Source of the DNA: Minisyncoccota bacterium
Lineage (GTDB): Bacteria; Patescibacteriota; Minisyncoccia; Moranbacterales; UBA1568
Direction: 5' to 3'
DNA length: 64,000 bases
Assembly: GCA_051306005.1 (NCBI GenBank)
Contig: JBPPMJ010000003.1
Location: 329,171 to 393,170, forward strand
Part shown: positions 50,105 through 60,621 of the stretch, piece by piece
Numbering within the stretch: position 1 is the first letter of the stretch
Layout: each line of letters begins with the position of its first letter
The notes under the pieces: generated by a model
The model's database searches: none
Told to the model about the DNA's origin: nothing
Seen by the model: only the letters and a program-made list of their open reading frames with translations
Position numbers and translations under genes: made by a program

Positions 50105-50821
50105 TTATTCAGATACAAGTAATTTTAGCGTTTCTTCAATCTCTAGAACTTTATCCTCTGAAAGAGTTTCTTTCTGCGTATCTAGTATAACTTTCAAAAG
50201 AAAATCCTTCTGTACGACAAACACCCGGTCTACAGGATTGAGACCAAAATGCATGATTGCTTTACCTGAAAATACTAATATAGGCTTTACCCAAATTTCA
50301 ACCCCGTTCTTCTTTAAGAATTCATGCAAAGACTTAGACTCACTTTTAGCCTGTTTAAGAAAATCTTTCCCCGGAGAAAAGCCATTAACTGAAAGTTTTT
50401 CATTTTTATATTCAACTATTCCCTTATGACTCTTTACTTCAACCGTAAAGATTCCCGTTGGACCAACTACTACCAAGTCAATATTAGATAGTTTTTGTAT
50501 TTTCACATCAAAGAATATCCGAAAGGTATCTGGTAATTTCTTAAGTTCCTTAAGAATAATACTCTCCCCTTCTCTTCCTTGAAAAAACTTATCTGAGATC
50601 TTCTGATCTTCCTTGTAGAACTTGTAGATCAGGATAGATAAAAAAGATACTAAGGTAAGCGTCACCAAAAGACCGATTAACTTATTTGAATAAAGCGAAA
50701 GAGCTTGAACTAAAATAAGCGCTATGGAAACCCCCCCTAACCAAGTTAAGCAAGCCTTAATAGCATAATGAAAATCTTTCTTGCGAAGATAGCTACTTGG
50801 TTTTCCGTAAACTTTTGCCAT
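50105..50821 (-). CDS. Membrane-anchored NERD (nuclease-related domain) protein
   Basis: Two N-terminal TM helices, then NERD-like GESIILKELKKL...NIDLVVVGPTGIFTVEVKSHKGIV. Confidence 0.6.
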   Translation of the reverse strand: MAKVYGKPSSYLRKKDFHYAIKACLTWLGGVSIALILVQALSLYSNKLIGLLVTLTLVSFLSILIYKFYKEDQKISDKFFQGREGESIILKELKKLPDTFRIFFDVKIQKLSNIDLVVVGPTGIFTVEVKSHKGIVEYKNEKLSVNGFSPGKDFLKQAKSESKSLHEFLKKNGVEIWVKPILVFSGKAIMHFGLNPVDRVFVVQKDFLLKVILDTQKETLSEDKVLEIEETLKLLVSE

Positions 50822-50824
50822 ATT

Positions 50825-51313
50825 TTAAACTGGTTTCTTTTTTGTAAAATGAGTATATGTCTTTTTCTTCACTTTACCATCTTCATAAACCAGAAAAATG
50901 TTTAACTTCAAAATATTCCAGCCAAAGGTCATATTCTTAATTTTTGCTGTGTACACTTTTTCCCACTCTGCGGGAATCGCCAAAGCATAAGTTCGTGCAC
51001 AATTTACACTATTCCCCTTTATATCCATACGAGCAACTATTTGTCCGAGCATCATATAGAATGCGTTGTGTTTTGTTTGATGAGTATATTTATCGTTTTT
51101 ACCATCGCCTTTCGCTTCTACAAGCATAATCTTTCTCCACTTTGGATGCCAAGCTCGAATATCCCAATCATGCTGACCGACTAAACGAGGATCATTAGTA
51201 AGAGTCCAACCCTTTTCTTCTAGGTATGTTCTCACGCTCATTTCTACTTCTTGTTCACTCATAGATTTTATCTTCCCATTACTCAAACACTTTAAATATA
51301 CCACCTTTCTCAT
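50825..51313 (-). CDS. Hypothetical protein with a PD-(D/E)xK nuclease-like motif
   Basis: LEEKGWTL...HDWDIRAWHP...KIMLVEAKGDG (D...E-x-K arrangement). This is a weak, motif-level call. Confidence 0.35.
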   Translation of the reverse strand: MRKVVYLKCLSNGKIKSMSEQEVEMSVRTYLEEKGWTLTNDPRLVGQHDWDIRAWHPKWRKIMLVEAKGDGKNDKYTHQTKHNAFYMMLGQIVARMDIKGNSVNCARTYALAIPAEWEKVYTAKIKNMTFGWNILKLNIFLVYEDGKVKKKTYTHFTKKKPV

Positions 51314-51316
51314 GAT

Positions 51317-51754
51317 TCAAGAAATTAATTTTTGCAGACATTTGAAATCAAAAATGCCATTAGATCCTAATTTAAAATTAAACTCCCCATTTAGTCTCTG
51401 TCTGTGCTTCTGATTTGTAAAAGAGAGTAAGTGATACTCATTATGCGTTGGTGTATGTTTTAATAATGATATACAATACAGGTGCAAAAATACTTCTTCT
51501 TTAAAAAAATTCTTTAAGAAATCTTGCCATTCAAAGCAGTTTAGATTATTTTTGGAATATAAATCGCTAAAAACTAGCAAGGATTTATCTTTTCTATAAT
51601 CCAATCCTTTTTTTCCTTTTATTTCCTTTATATGCTTCAGGATGTAGTCATTTATACTTTCCTGCGACCCTCTTTCAACAAACTTTCCTGGCAAGTAAAT
51701 CTGCTCTACATGTTCATTGTATCCAGTATAAGTTTTATCATTGCTTAATTGCAC
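51317..51754 (-). CDS. Hypothetical protein
   Basis: 145-aa ORF abutting the previous gene. No recognisable motif. Confidence 0.3.
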   Translation of the reverse strand: MQLSNDKTYTGYNEHVEQIYLPGKFVERGSQESINDYILKHIKEIKGKKGLDYRKDKSLLVFSDLYSKNNLNCFEWQDFLKNFFKEEVFLHLYCISLLKHTPTHNEYHLLSFTNQKHRQRLNGEFNFKLGSNGIFDFKCLQKLIS

Positions 51755-52097
51755 AACCGCACCATCATCTGATAATTGTTTATTTGTTGAAAAAAACCAC
51801 TGTGCAGGTTCAAGTTCATTTCTAAGATAACAGAGAATACCTAGGTCAAAGAGTTCTCGTAAACTTACTTCATATTTTTCAATTTTTCATGAGTTTTCTA
51901 AACATTTTGATCCAGATAATATGAGCTCTTTTGATACCTCTTTCAAAGCCTCCTGATAAGGATATAGTACAACTTTGTAACGCATAGGCTTACTTCATTT
52001 TTTCTTCAATGTATATTCTGCAATCTTTCTAAGAGCCTCCTCCTCTTCTACACCCAGTAAGCGATCCTGAAGAAATCCTAGGCGATAAATAACCCCA

Positions 52098-52447
52098 TCA
52101 CTCATCAGACGCCAATTTAGTGTCCTCAAGAGTTTTTTTTAGAAGTCGCTTCAAATCATATTCACTAGCCATTTTTGTACGATCGCCCTTGCCATCATAA
52201 ACACCAAAGGGGACTATCACACCTTTCCCAATTTCAGGATTCAATAGCTGGAATTTAATATATCCAGATTTTTCCAATATCGGACTAAGCAATTTCTCCA
52301 AATCACTATCGTAAGTTTCTTTATTTTTTCCAATGCATCATATAACTCCTTATTTTCTTCCTTCTCTTTCCATCCATTAGTCAGTGTTTTCAGCAAATTC
52401 AGTCTTACTCTTTGTGCCATATATTCGGCACCTTCTTCTCGCGACAA
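52098..52447 (-). pseudogene. Frameshifted gene remnant (two overlapping ORF pieces)
   Basis: ORFs 52241-52447 and 52098-52301 overlap in different frames and read through as one disrupted gene (...ALEKIKKLT / EKLLSPILEKSGYIKFQLLNPEIGKG...). Confidence 0.3.
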
Positions 52448-52590
52448 ACAATATTTTTTCGATCCATTCCAAAGCTTGGATCAGTAGATTATTCTTTCAC
52501 GCTCAAATCAAAAGTGTCCACATCTTCATTTCCACATTGGGAACAAACATAAGTTGTGGTTATGGCTCTATGTAAGAATAGTGAAGTAAT

Positions 52591-53370
52591 TCAAATATCC
52601 TCAGCTATTTTTGGTGAAAAATGACGGTAAGAAAGAACGCTCAATGCCAGGGCGGTCAGAATAGCAAAAATAAAAAGCGTGCTCTGCCACGGATCGGGAT
52701 AGTGATTGTTAATAAGTGATTCCTTGGTAAAGTGGATGATAAAAGCAATTGGATTGAGCAAAAGGATTTGCTGAATATACAAAGGCATTAACTGAAGTGA
52801 ATAAAAAACAGGCGTGGCATAAAAAAGTATCTGCAAGAGAACTTCCCAGATCATCGAGAGGTCACGGAATTTGACATACAGCGGTGCCATGAAAAGAGCA
52901 AAAGCAATCACGATAATATATATAAGCATTGATGATAGTATGAAAAGGGCGATAGCACCTGGACTCGGGAGAAACTGTTTCCATACAAAAAAGATTATCA
53001 CGACCGAAAGATTCATCACATAGATCAAAGTAGCGTTGAGTGTGGATGCGAGTATGATGGTCCAACGCGGGATATATATTTTTGTAACGAGCTGGGACTT
53101 GGCGAGCAGAGACTGCATACCAGCACTCGTTCCTTCAGAAAAAAAATTGAACATCAGGATGCCAACGAGGAGTTGGAGTGAGTAGTATTCGTTATCAGTA
53201 CCGTGCGGATTAAAAATAGATGAAAAGACAAAATTGAGTATAGCAAAAGTAAGCAATGGTTTCAGCAACGCCCATAGATAACCCAAAACAGAACCATGGT
53301 AACGGAGTTTGAAATCGGTCTTGGCAAGCATCCAGACCAATTCACGATAATTTTCGTGTTTCTTGAGCAT
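52591..53370 (-). CDS. ABC-2 type polysaccharide/teichoic-acid export permease (Wzm/TagG/KpsM-like)
   Basis: N-terminal ELVWMLAKTDFKLRYHGSVLGYLWALLKPLL signature and 6 TM helices. Confidence 0.8.
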   Translation of the reverse strand: MLKKHENYRELVWMLAKTDFKLRYHGSVLGYLWALLKPLLTFAILNFVFSSIFNPHGTDNEYYSLQLLVGILMFNFFSEGTSAGMQSLLAKSQLVTKIYIPRWTIILASTLNATLIYVMNLSVVIIFFVWKQFLPSPGAIALFILSSMLIYIIVIAFALFMAPLYVKFRDLSMIWEVLLQILFYATPVFYSLQLMPLYIQQILLLNPIAFIIHFTKESLINNHYPDPWQSTLFIFAILTALALSVLSYRHFSPKIAEDI

Positions 53371-53442
53371 AAGGATATTCTATCATATTCCACTAAACAC
53401 AGATGATCAAAAAAACACAGCCAACCAATATCATCATTCCTT

Positions 53443-53796
53443 TTATACGGCAGTGGGTGACGAACGCAAGAGTCCCCAATGAATAAGAGCGTGAATCAAG
53501 GAGAGAACAAGCGCGCCGAGTACAGCAACCCAAAAACCACGTATTTCAAAACCTTTGACGACCCCACTCAAAAGCCAAAGCAAAAATCCATTAATAATAA
53601 AAGTAAAAATTCCAAAAGTAAGCATATTGAACGGTAGGGTCAACAGCAACAGAATCGGTTTGATGGTGATGCCCACCAATCCCCAGAGTAACGCCAAGAC
53701 GAGTGCTGTCCCAAAACTCTGCACCGTAATCCCTGATACGATATATGGTAATGCCAAAAACCCCAATGCACTGAGTGCCCATTTGAATAACAACAT
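53443..53796 (-). CDS. DUF360 / phage-holin-4_2-like small membrane protein
   Basis: 117 aa with 4 TM helices. The sequence style (GFLLWLLSGVVKGFEIRGFWVAVLGALVLSLIHALI) is typical of the YvlD/phage holin IV superfamily. Confidence 0.55.
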   Translation of the reverse strand: MLLFKWALSALGFLALPYIVSGITVQSFGTALVLALLWGLVGITIKPILLLLTLPFNMLTFGIFTFIINGFLLWLLSGVVKGFEIRGFWVAVLGALVLSLIHALIHWGLLRSSPTAV

Positions 53797-53901
53797 AATA
53801 TATATATCGATTACCTATTACTTTTTTAGTATATCATGGTTTCAGAAAAATAACATCCAGTGAAACAATTAGTACCATAGTATCGAAGATACGTATATAA
53901 T

Positions 53902-55329
53902 TTATTGTTTGTTATTACGTCGACGACGTAAGAGAGCGCCCGCAGTTTTCAAACAGATAGAGATATCCAGCCAAAGGGACCAGTTTTCGATATAGTAGAC
54001 ATCCAGACGATATTCATCTTCAAATGCCAAGTCTGAGCGCCCAGACACTTGTGCCATACCAGTCACACCTGGCTTAATAGTCAAGAGACGACGATGATAC
54101 TCAGAATAACGTTCCACTTCACGTTCTTGGTGTGGCCGTGGTCCGACAAGACTCATGTTACCCCGCAAAACATTGAAAAATTGCGGAATCTCATCCAAAG
54201 AAAAACGCTCAATAATAGCACCAATCCGCATCCGTCGTGGATCATCTTTGATTTTATACAAAATCCCACCCTGACGGCTGTTACGTTCGGCAATAAGGCG
54301 TTTTTCAAATGCTACCGCTTCCGCTAATTGTGGGTTGGCGGGCGTGATACAGTATTTCCATCGCATATAACGAAATTTATAGACAAAGAACTTGTGTCCA
54401 TTTTCTCCGATGCGTTCGTTTTTATAGACAATGGGTCCAGTAGGGTCTTCCAACTTAATCAGAAGAGCGATGAACGCCATCAACGGTGAAAACAACAGCG
54501 TCAAACCAGTGCCGGCAATAATGTCATACATCCGCTTGAGAACACGTCCCCAACCATCCAGTGGCGTGTGTTGATATTCGATGAGCGGCTCTCCATTGAA
54601 AATTCGCATCGTGAAACGGGTAGTCTGCAATGTCGTAGGAAAATATCGATAAGTAATGTTGTGGATCTGACAAAAATCAAACAGTTTCGCTTGCTCATCA
54701 TCAGTTAGCGTTGCGTCACCAATAATAATCTCATCCACACCACTTCGCTCACGGATTTCTTTGATGTGAGTGATGCTCGCGTCACCTATTTGATCGATAA
54801 CCTTGTAACCAAGCGCCTTGTCATGAATGAGAGTATCATACAGTTTCTTCATTTTTTCATTGGCACCAATCAAGAGTACGCGATGAACGCCGATACCGCG
54901 ATGCACCAAAAACCAACGCTGGATTTTTTGGATTAAAAAACGAGCAATCACAATATAGAACACACCAAATGACCAACCAACCAAAATAACAAAACGTGAT
55001 GAAAACCATTCACGATTCAAAAAAACAGCGACAATGAGAACAATCAAACCTAAAGTAAGCGCTTTGGCAACACCATAGGCTTCCTGCCAAGAACGACGTG
55101 TCACACGCATCGTATATAATCCTTCTAAGGCAAAAATAAACAGAAAAATTGGAGACACTATCAAAACAAAGTCCAGATAATCACGAAAAGAAAGGGCAAA
55201 AACACGAGAGACATACCCTTCAAATATCGGTAATCCACGTAAAAAATATGCCGTAGTGGATGCCAGCAAAATCATCAACAAATCAATTGGTACTTGGATG
55301 ACACTGAAAAATATTTCCGAACGTTTCAT
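53902..55329 (-). CDS. Polyprenyl-phosphate glycosyl-1-phosphate transferase (bacterial sugar transferase, WbaP/WcaJ-like initiating enzyme)
   Basis: N-terminal TM bundle, Rossmann-like middle, and the C-terminal catalytic domain with LDEIPQFFNVLRGNMSLVGPRP. Confidence 0.85.
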   Translation of the reverse strand: MKRSEIFFSVIQVPIDLLMILLASTTAYFLRGLPIFEGYVSRVFALSFRDYLDFVLIVSPIFLFIFALEGLYTMRVTRRSWQEAYGVAKALTLGLIVLIVAVFLNREWFSSRFVILVGWSFGVFYIVIARFLIQKIQRWFLVHRGIGVHRVLLIGANEKMKKLYDTLIHDKALGYKVIDQIGDASITHIKEIRERSGVDEIIIGDATLTDDEQAKLFDFCQIHNITYRYFPTTLQTTRFTMRIFNGEPLIEYQHTPLDGWGRVLKRMYDIIAGTGLTLLFSPLMAFIALLIKLEDPTGPIVYKNERIGENGHKFFVYKFRYMRWKYCITPANPQLAEAVAFEKRLIAERNSRQGGILYKIKDDPRRMRIGAIIERFSLDEIPQFFNVLRGNMSLVGPRPHQEREVERYSEYHRRLLTIKPGVTGMAQVSGRSDLAFEDEYRLDVYYIENWSLWLDISICLKTAGALLRRRRNNKQ

Positions 55330-55397
55330 AGTGTAAAATCAAAGACGAGTGAATACTACGAGTATACCTCGAAAGGCATCTTTTGTCAGAGGTTATG

Positions 55398-55800
55398 CCA
55401 TGGTTCTTTTCCGAGACAAATCTATAAGCCGGATTCTGTTTCCGCCTAACGACGGATGATTATCATTTCTCTTGTTTTATCGTTACCGACAAAATCTTTG
55501 CGGTACTCCCCTAATGGGGCACGACCTTGCACTCAAGTAAGGATTTTGCCGTTTCACTCTTTGCTTGGACTCAAGGCTCACGCCTCAAGCGTATACAAAG
55601 ATTCAACCCATTTATCGGGTCGCTGTCATCCTTGCAAATAACAGCGTCACTGTTCGCACCTCGTGAGTCACCTCAGACGGGTGTTACCCGCTACTCGCTG
55701 TCAACACCGAAGCGTTGACGAGTGTCCGGACTTTCCTCCCTCCCAAAACAAAAATGCCTCGGGACGCGCGATAATCCGATTTGTCCCGGAAAAGAACCAC
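55398..55800 (-). ncRNA. rnpB: RNase P RNA (bacterial type A)
   Basis: The minus strand reads GUGGUUCUUUUCCGGGACAAAUC...GGGAGGAAAGUCCGGACAC (P4 5' strand)...GAGUGAAACGGC...AACAGAAUCCGGCUUAUAGAUUUGUCUCGGAAAAGAACCAUGGC. P1 pairing is perfect between the ends. The element is GC-rich within AT-rich flanks. Confidence 0.8.
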
Positions 55801-55839
55801 GGAATTCACAATATAGCATAAAAAAGCATATTTGTCAAT

Positions 55840-58242
55840 CTATAGGCGCAAATATGCTCCAAAACGCATTTGAGCCGTCTTAACGATACGATCGAACACT
55901 TCATCCATTTCTTGGCTGGAAAGTGTCCGATCTGGCACGCCAAAAGAAAGATGGAAAGCAAACCGTTTTTCCGTTCCCTGTTCGTAGATATCAAAAAGCT
56001 CACTTTTATGCAAAAGTGGAGCTCCTATTTCCGCGATGAGCGCCTCAACGTTGGCAACACTCACATATTGATTCTCCCGTTGTGGAAACGTCAGCGAAAT
56101 GTCACGGATAGCCAATGGAAATTTTTGCAATGGTTCGAAAAATGGTTGTGGTGATATGGAACGCAAGATGAAAAGAGGATTGAATTCCGCTATTGCTGTG
56201 CGTTCATCCACACCAAAATCTCGCGCCACTATCGGATGCAGTTCACCCATCACGCCGAGAAGTGTTTTTCCAACAAGTATTTCTGCGCTTCGTGTTGGGT
56301 GCATGAGTGATGTGACTGGCATAATATTTTGTGGATCAAGTGACCGCCAGACTGCATTGGTCACTCCCATACTCTGAAGAAAAGTATTGACTTGTCCTTT
56401 GAGAACAAAAAAACTTGCTCCTGGTGTAGTAGATTTCTTAGCAAGGGTAGATGTCAGGAAAAGAGATTTGTTTTCACTCACAGATTTTTTCTTGATATCT
56501 TGAGAAAAAACACTTGCCCATTGGAAACATTGAAAATGATCAAAGTGACGCAGATTTTCTCGGACCTTGCGAAGCATCATCGGCGCTAACGTCATATTGA
56601 GCAATTTTTGTTCAGGACTGAGAGGGTTGGCAAGAAAAAGGTGAGTCTCTCGCAACAAGCGAGCAGAAACTTGTTCGCGCTCTCCATAAAAAGCGTATGT
56701 CATCAATTCATCAAACCCGACGGCAGACAAATATTTTTTAACACGTCGTTCAAATTGTTTATCTGGATTCAGTACGGCAGGTGTCAATGGAATGCTCGGA
56801 GCGACAGCAGGAATATGATCATAGCCATGGATACGTCCTATTTCTTCAATAAGATTCCATTCATCCTGCAGATCTGGACGGCGGGTCGGCACAATAACAC
56901 TCACCGCTTCCTGATTGGCAATTTTTTTCACTGTCAACCCAAGTAAGGCTAGTGATTGAACTACACTAAACAATGGAAGAGTAATACCGAGCACATCTTC
57001 TACTCGTTTCAATGAAAGAGAGATTTTCCAATGTTTCAAAGGTTTAGTATAGAGATCACGGTATCCGACACATTTTCCACCAGCCAGTGTTGTCAAGAGA
57101 ATATTGGCATCACGAGCTGTTTCTTCACACAAGTTGGCATCAAGTTGACGTTCAAAACGATAACTAGCATCGGTTACGAGATTATGATTGGTACGAGTTC
57201 GTCGAATACTCGGGCCGTCAAAGGTGGCAATTTCCAAAAAAATATTTTTAGTGGCTGGCGTTATGGCAGAACTCTGTCCACCCATAACCCCGGCCAGCGC
57301 CACGGCATGACGCGTATCAGCGATTACAATATCTTGTGGATGCAGAATAATTTTTTTTCCTCCCAAAAGAATGAATTTCTCATTTTTCTTGGCACGGCGT
57401 ACGGCAAGAGGACCATCCAATAAATCAGCATCAAAAGCATGTATCGGTTGACCAGTAAGTAACATCAAGTAATTGGTTGCGTCCACAACATTATTGACAG
57501 GGTGAATGCCAGACAAAATAAGCCTAACTTTGAGCCACAGTGGTGATTGACGAACGGTTATACCACGTAAAGCGAGACCGATATACCGTTGACAAAGTAT
57601 TTTTTCGGTGATAGTGACGCGAGGAATACGATTATATGAAGCAATTTTGATAGGCTTGGCAGAATGACTTGCAAAATGTGGCGCATGACCATCTAGTGCT
57701 GCGATTTCCCGAGCAATACCCTGATAGGAGAGCGCATCCGATCCGCGATCCGGCAAAATTTTGATTTCTATGACCGTGTCATCCAATCCAACGGCATCAG
57801 CAAAAGCCGTGCCAATGAGTGTGTCTGCCGACAACACGAGAATACCAGTATGGTCATCGCTCAAGCCCAATTCTTTAGCAGAGCAAATCATACCAGTTGA
57901 AGCAATTCCGCGAATAGTCGTTTCTTGAATAATAACATTTCCTGGTAGCACGGTACCAGGCAAAGCGACGGCGACCTTTTGCCCAATGACAATATTAGGT
58001 GCACCACACACAATTTGACGCGTGTCTTTTTTGCCCAAATAAATGTGTGCGATGCGCAGTTTTTCGGCATTGGGATGTACCTCAAGATTCATCACCTCTC
58101 CGACCATGACACCTTCTAGATGATGTGCAAAACGTTCCACGCTTTCTACTTCAAAAGCATGTGTCATCAAAAGTTTTGCCAATTGTTCGGGAGTTTTCTT
58201 GGTTCCGGAAAGCTCACGGAGCCAGCGATACGAATAACGCAT
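55840..58242 (-). CDS. pheT: Phenylalanine--tRNA ligase beta subunit
   Basis: 800 aa, with an N-terminal tRNA-binding domain (MRYSYRWLRELSG...), B3/4, B5 and FDX-ACB domains. It follows pheS. Confidence 0.9.
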   Translation of the reverse strand: MRYSYRWLRELSGTKKTPEQLAKLLMTHAFEVESVERFAHHLEGVMVGEVMNLEVHPNAEKLRIAHIYLGKKDTRQIVCGAPNIVIGQKVAVALPGTVLPGNVIIQETTIRGIASTGMICSAKELGLSDDHTGILVLSADTLIGTAFADAVGLDDTVIEIKILPDRGSDALSYQGIAREIAALDGHAPHFASHSAKPIKIASYNRIPRVTITEKILCQRYIGLALRGITVRQSPLWLKVRLILSGIHPVNNVVDATNYLMLLTGQPIHAFDADLLDGPLAVRRAKKNEKFILLGGKKIILHPQDIVIADTRHAVALAGVMGGQSSAITPATKNIFLEIATFDGPSIRRTRTNHNLVTDASYRFERQLDANLCEETARDANILLTTLAGGKCVGYRDLYTKPLKHWKISLSLKRVEDVLGITLPLFSVVQSLALLGLTVKKIANQEAVSVIVPTRRPDLQDEWNLIEEIGRIHGYDHIPAVAPSIPLTPAVLNPDKQFERRVKKYLSAVGFDELMTYAFYGEREQVSARLLRETHLFLANPLSPEQKLLNMTLAPMMLRKVRENLRHFDHFQCFQWASVFSQDIKKKSVSENKSLFLTSTLAKKSTTPGASFFVLKGQVNTFLQSMGVTNAVWRSLDPQNIMPVTSLMHPTRSAEILVGKTLLGVMGELHPIVARDFGVDERTAIAEFNPLFILRSISPQPFFEPLQKFPLAIRDISLTFPQRENQYVSVANVEALIAEIGAPLLHKSELFDIYEQGTEKRFAFHLSFGVPDRTLSSQEMDEVFDRIVKTAQMRFGAYLRL

Positions 58243-58253
58243 AAGGAAGCTGT

Positions 58254-59321
58254 TTAAAATTGTCGAATAAAACGAAGGTCACCAGACATCAGGAGACGGA
58301 TATCTGAAATCTGATACTTCATCATCGCTAAACGTGTCGTTCCGAAGCCCCAAGCAAATCCCTGATAGGCTCCCCGTTTATACCCCCCAGCTTCGAAGAC
58401 TTTTTGATTCACTATACCAGCACCACCAATTTCTAACCAACCAGTCTGTTTACAAACAGGACATCCCTGTCCTGCGCAAAGCACACAGTTGATATCAAAT
58501 TCAAAACTCGGTTCGGTAAACGGAAAGAAGCTCGGACGCAAGCGAATACTGATTTTTTTGCCAAAAAAACAAGTGAAAAATTCCTGTGCGATGAATTTAA
58601 AATGAGCAACATTGATATGTGTATCCACCATGAGACATTCAAATTGATGAAAGGTATGTTCATGAGAAGCATCAGTTGCTTCATTACGGAAAATACGTCC
58701 CGGCACGATGACACGGAACGGTGGTTTATGAGTTTCCATAAAACGCACCTGAACAGGAGAAGTGTGTGTTCGAAGAAGATAATGTTTTTTTGGCGCAAGA
58801 GCACGTGCGGTACTGGCAACTTTTTTTGTCTGTGCTGATTGGATCCAAAAAGTATCCTGCATATCGCGAGCAGGATGATTGGCAGGAACATTCAGTGCAT
58901 CAAAATTATACCACTCCGTTTCCAATTCTGGTCCGTCGGCAATCACAAAACCCATTGACAGAAAAATATCTTCAATTTCATGCTCAAGGCAAGTAAGAGG
59001 ATGCAAATGGCCACGCGGAACGGAAATACCGGGTGCTGTCACATCGATTCGCTCCTGATTCCAATCAATACTCTGTTCCAAAAGAGTCTCACGGACTTCT
59101 GCCAAGGCACTATTCAAAGATTGTTTGACTTTGTGACACAATGGTCCAACGACACGTCGTTCTTCTGGTGTGAGATCTTTCAGCCCTTTCAACAAAGCGC
59201 TCAGTTCACTTCTGCGACCAAGATAGGTTACCTCCCAAGCATCCAGGCCTGTCATAGAGCCAACCGATGCGAGCGCCGTCAATCCAGCTAATTCTAGAGC
59301 GTGTATTTTCTCTGATAACAT
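58254..59321 (-). CDS. pheS: Phenylalanine--tRNA ligase alpha subunit
   Basis: Class II motifs (FRNEATDASHEHTFHQFE, GFAWGFGTTRLAM). Confidence 0.9.
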   Translation of the reverse strand: MLSEKIHALELAGLTALASVGSMTGLDAWEVTYLGRRSELSALLKGLKDLTPEERRVVGPLCHKVKQSLNSALAEVRETLLEQSIDWNQERIDVTAPGISVPRGHLHPLTCLEHEIEDIFLSMGFVIADGPELETEWYNFDALNVPANHPARDMQDTFWIQSAQTKKVASTARALAPKKHYLLRTHTSPVQVRFMETHKPPFRVIVPGRIFRNEATDASHEHTFHQFECLMVDTHINVAHFKFIAQEFFTCFFGKKISIRLRPSFFPFTEPSFEFDINCVLCAGQGCPVCKQTGWLEIGGAGIVNQKVFEAGGYKRGAYQGFAWGFGTTRLAMMKYQISDIRLLMSGDLRFIRQF

Positions 59322-59398
59322 AGCAATAGTAAAGGTAAAGTAATACCCTTATTGTAACGAACATTCCCATTTCGGTCAAAACTATTTTTCAGCACCAG

Positions 59399-60598
59399 TC
59401 AAAAAAGTAGTTTGACAAAATCTTTCTTTCCCACTTTCATTATTTGTCCGGCAAAACGTTTTTCTATTACCGCATTTTCATCTGTTATTTTTTCACCAGC
59501 GATTTCTACGCCACCCTGAGCCATCTTGCGTCGCGCATCAGTTTTGCTCGTCGCCAAATCAAGCGATACAATTACTTCCGAAATTTTTATATTTTCTTGT
59601 ACCAGCACATCATGAATATCTGTCGGAATCTGTTTTTTGGAAAACGTATCAATAAAATAGGTTTCCGCATTGATAGCCTGTAATTCGCCGTGATAGAGTC
59701 GAACAATTTCGTTCGCCAATCTCATCTTGATATCGCGTGGATTGCCACCAGTCACGATATCAGATGCGAAAACAGCGATTTCTTCCATCGGTACGCGCGT
59801 ACAATGAATGAAGTATTCCATAATCAACTCATCAGGAATACTCATAACTTTTCCAAACATATCATTGGGCGCATCCAAAATATTAATGGTATTCCCCCAG
59901 CTCGAACTCATCTTACGACCATCGGTACCAGGAATAATATTGACGGTCAGTACAGCCTGTTCTGGTTGTGCATATTTTTTTTGCAAATGCCGACCAGCCA
60001 AAAGGTTGAAGCGTTGATCTGTGCCTCCTATTTCTACATCGGCTCGTATCGCAACGCTATCATAGCCCTGCATTAATGGATACAAAACTTCCCGCAAAGA
60101 AACACGCTTACCAAAATCCAAACGTTTTTTGATATTGTCACGCGCGATAAATTCCGCTAAAGAAAAGGTGTCTGCCTGCTCACTGATTTCGGCGTATCCA
60201 AGTTTGCTCAACCATTCAGCATTGTAACGCACTTCCACTTGATCCATATTCAAAATCTTACCCGCCTGAGCGACATAAGTACGCATATTTTCCGCAACCA
60301 CATCTGCAGTCAACATCGGTCGCTCACTCTCTTTATCTGACGTATCACCGATAACACCAGTAAAATCCCCAACGATAAATACCACGATATGTCCTAAATC
60401 CTGAAAATCACGCAATGTGCGCAATGCCACTGCCCGTCCCAGATGAATAAACGGACTAGTGGGATCAATGCCAAACTTGACGCGCAGTTTCTCGCCAGAA
60501 AGTAAACGGTGGCGCAAAATATCACGGTCAATGACTTCTGCCACTCCCCGACTCAGCAATGCATCAATTTTTTGTTCTTGTGGTGTCATAGGTGCCAC
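59399..60598 (-). CDS. tyrS: Tyrosine--tRNA ligase
   Basis: Class I HIGH-like GIDPTSPFIHLGRAV, KMSSS (KMSKS) motif, and a C-terminal S4-like domain. Confidence 0.9.
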   Translation of the reverse strand: MAPMTPQEQKIDALLSRGVAEVIDRDILRHRLLSGEKLRVKFGIDPTSPFIHLGRAVALRTLRDFQDLGHIVVFIVGDFTGVIGDTSDKESERPMLTADVVAENMRTYVAQAGKILNMDQVEVRYNAEWLSKLGYAEISEQADTFSLAEFIARDNIKKRLDFGKRVSLREVLYPLMQGYDSVAIRADVEIGGTDQRFNLLAGRHLQKKYAQPEQAVLTVNIIPGTDGRKMSSSWGNTINILDAPNDMFGKVMSIPDELIMEYFIHCTRVPMEEIAVFASDIVTGGNPRDIKMRLANEIVRLYHGELQAINAETYFIDTFSKKQIPTDIHDVLVQENIKISEVIVSLDLATSKTDARRKMAQGGVEIAGEKITDENAVIEKRFAGQIMKVGKKDFVKLLF

Positions 60599-60621
60599 AT
60601 AGCGTCAAAAATCATTATTCC

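Noticed and set aside
55456-55718. Plus-strand ORFs 55456-55641 and 55527-55718
   Set aside because: They lie inside the GC-rich RNase P RNA gene on the opposite strand and are spurious.
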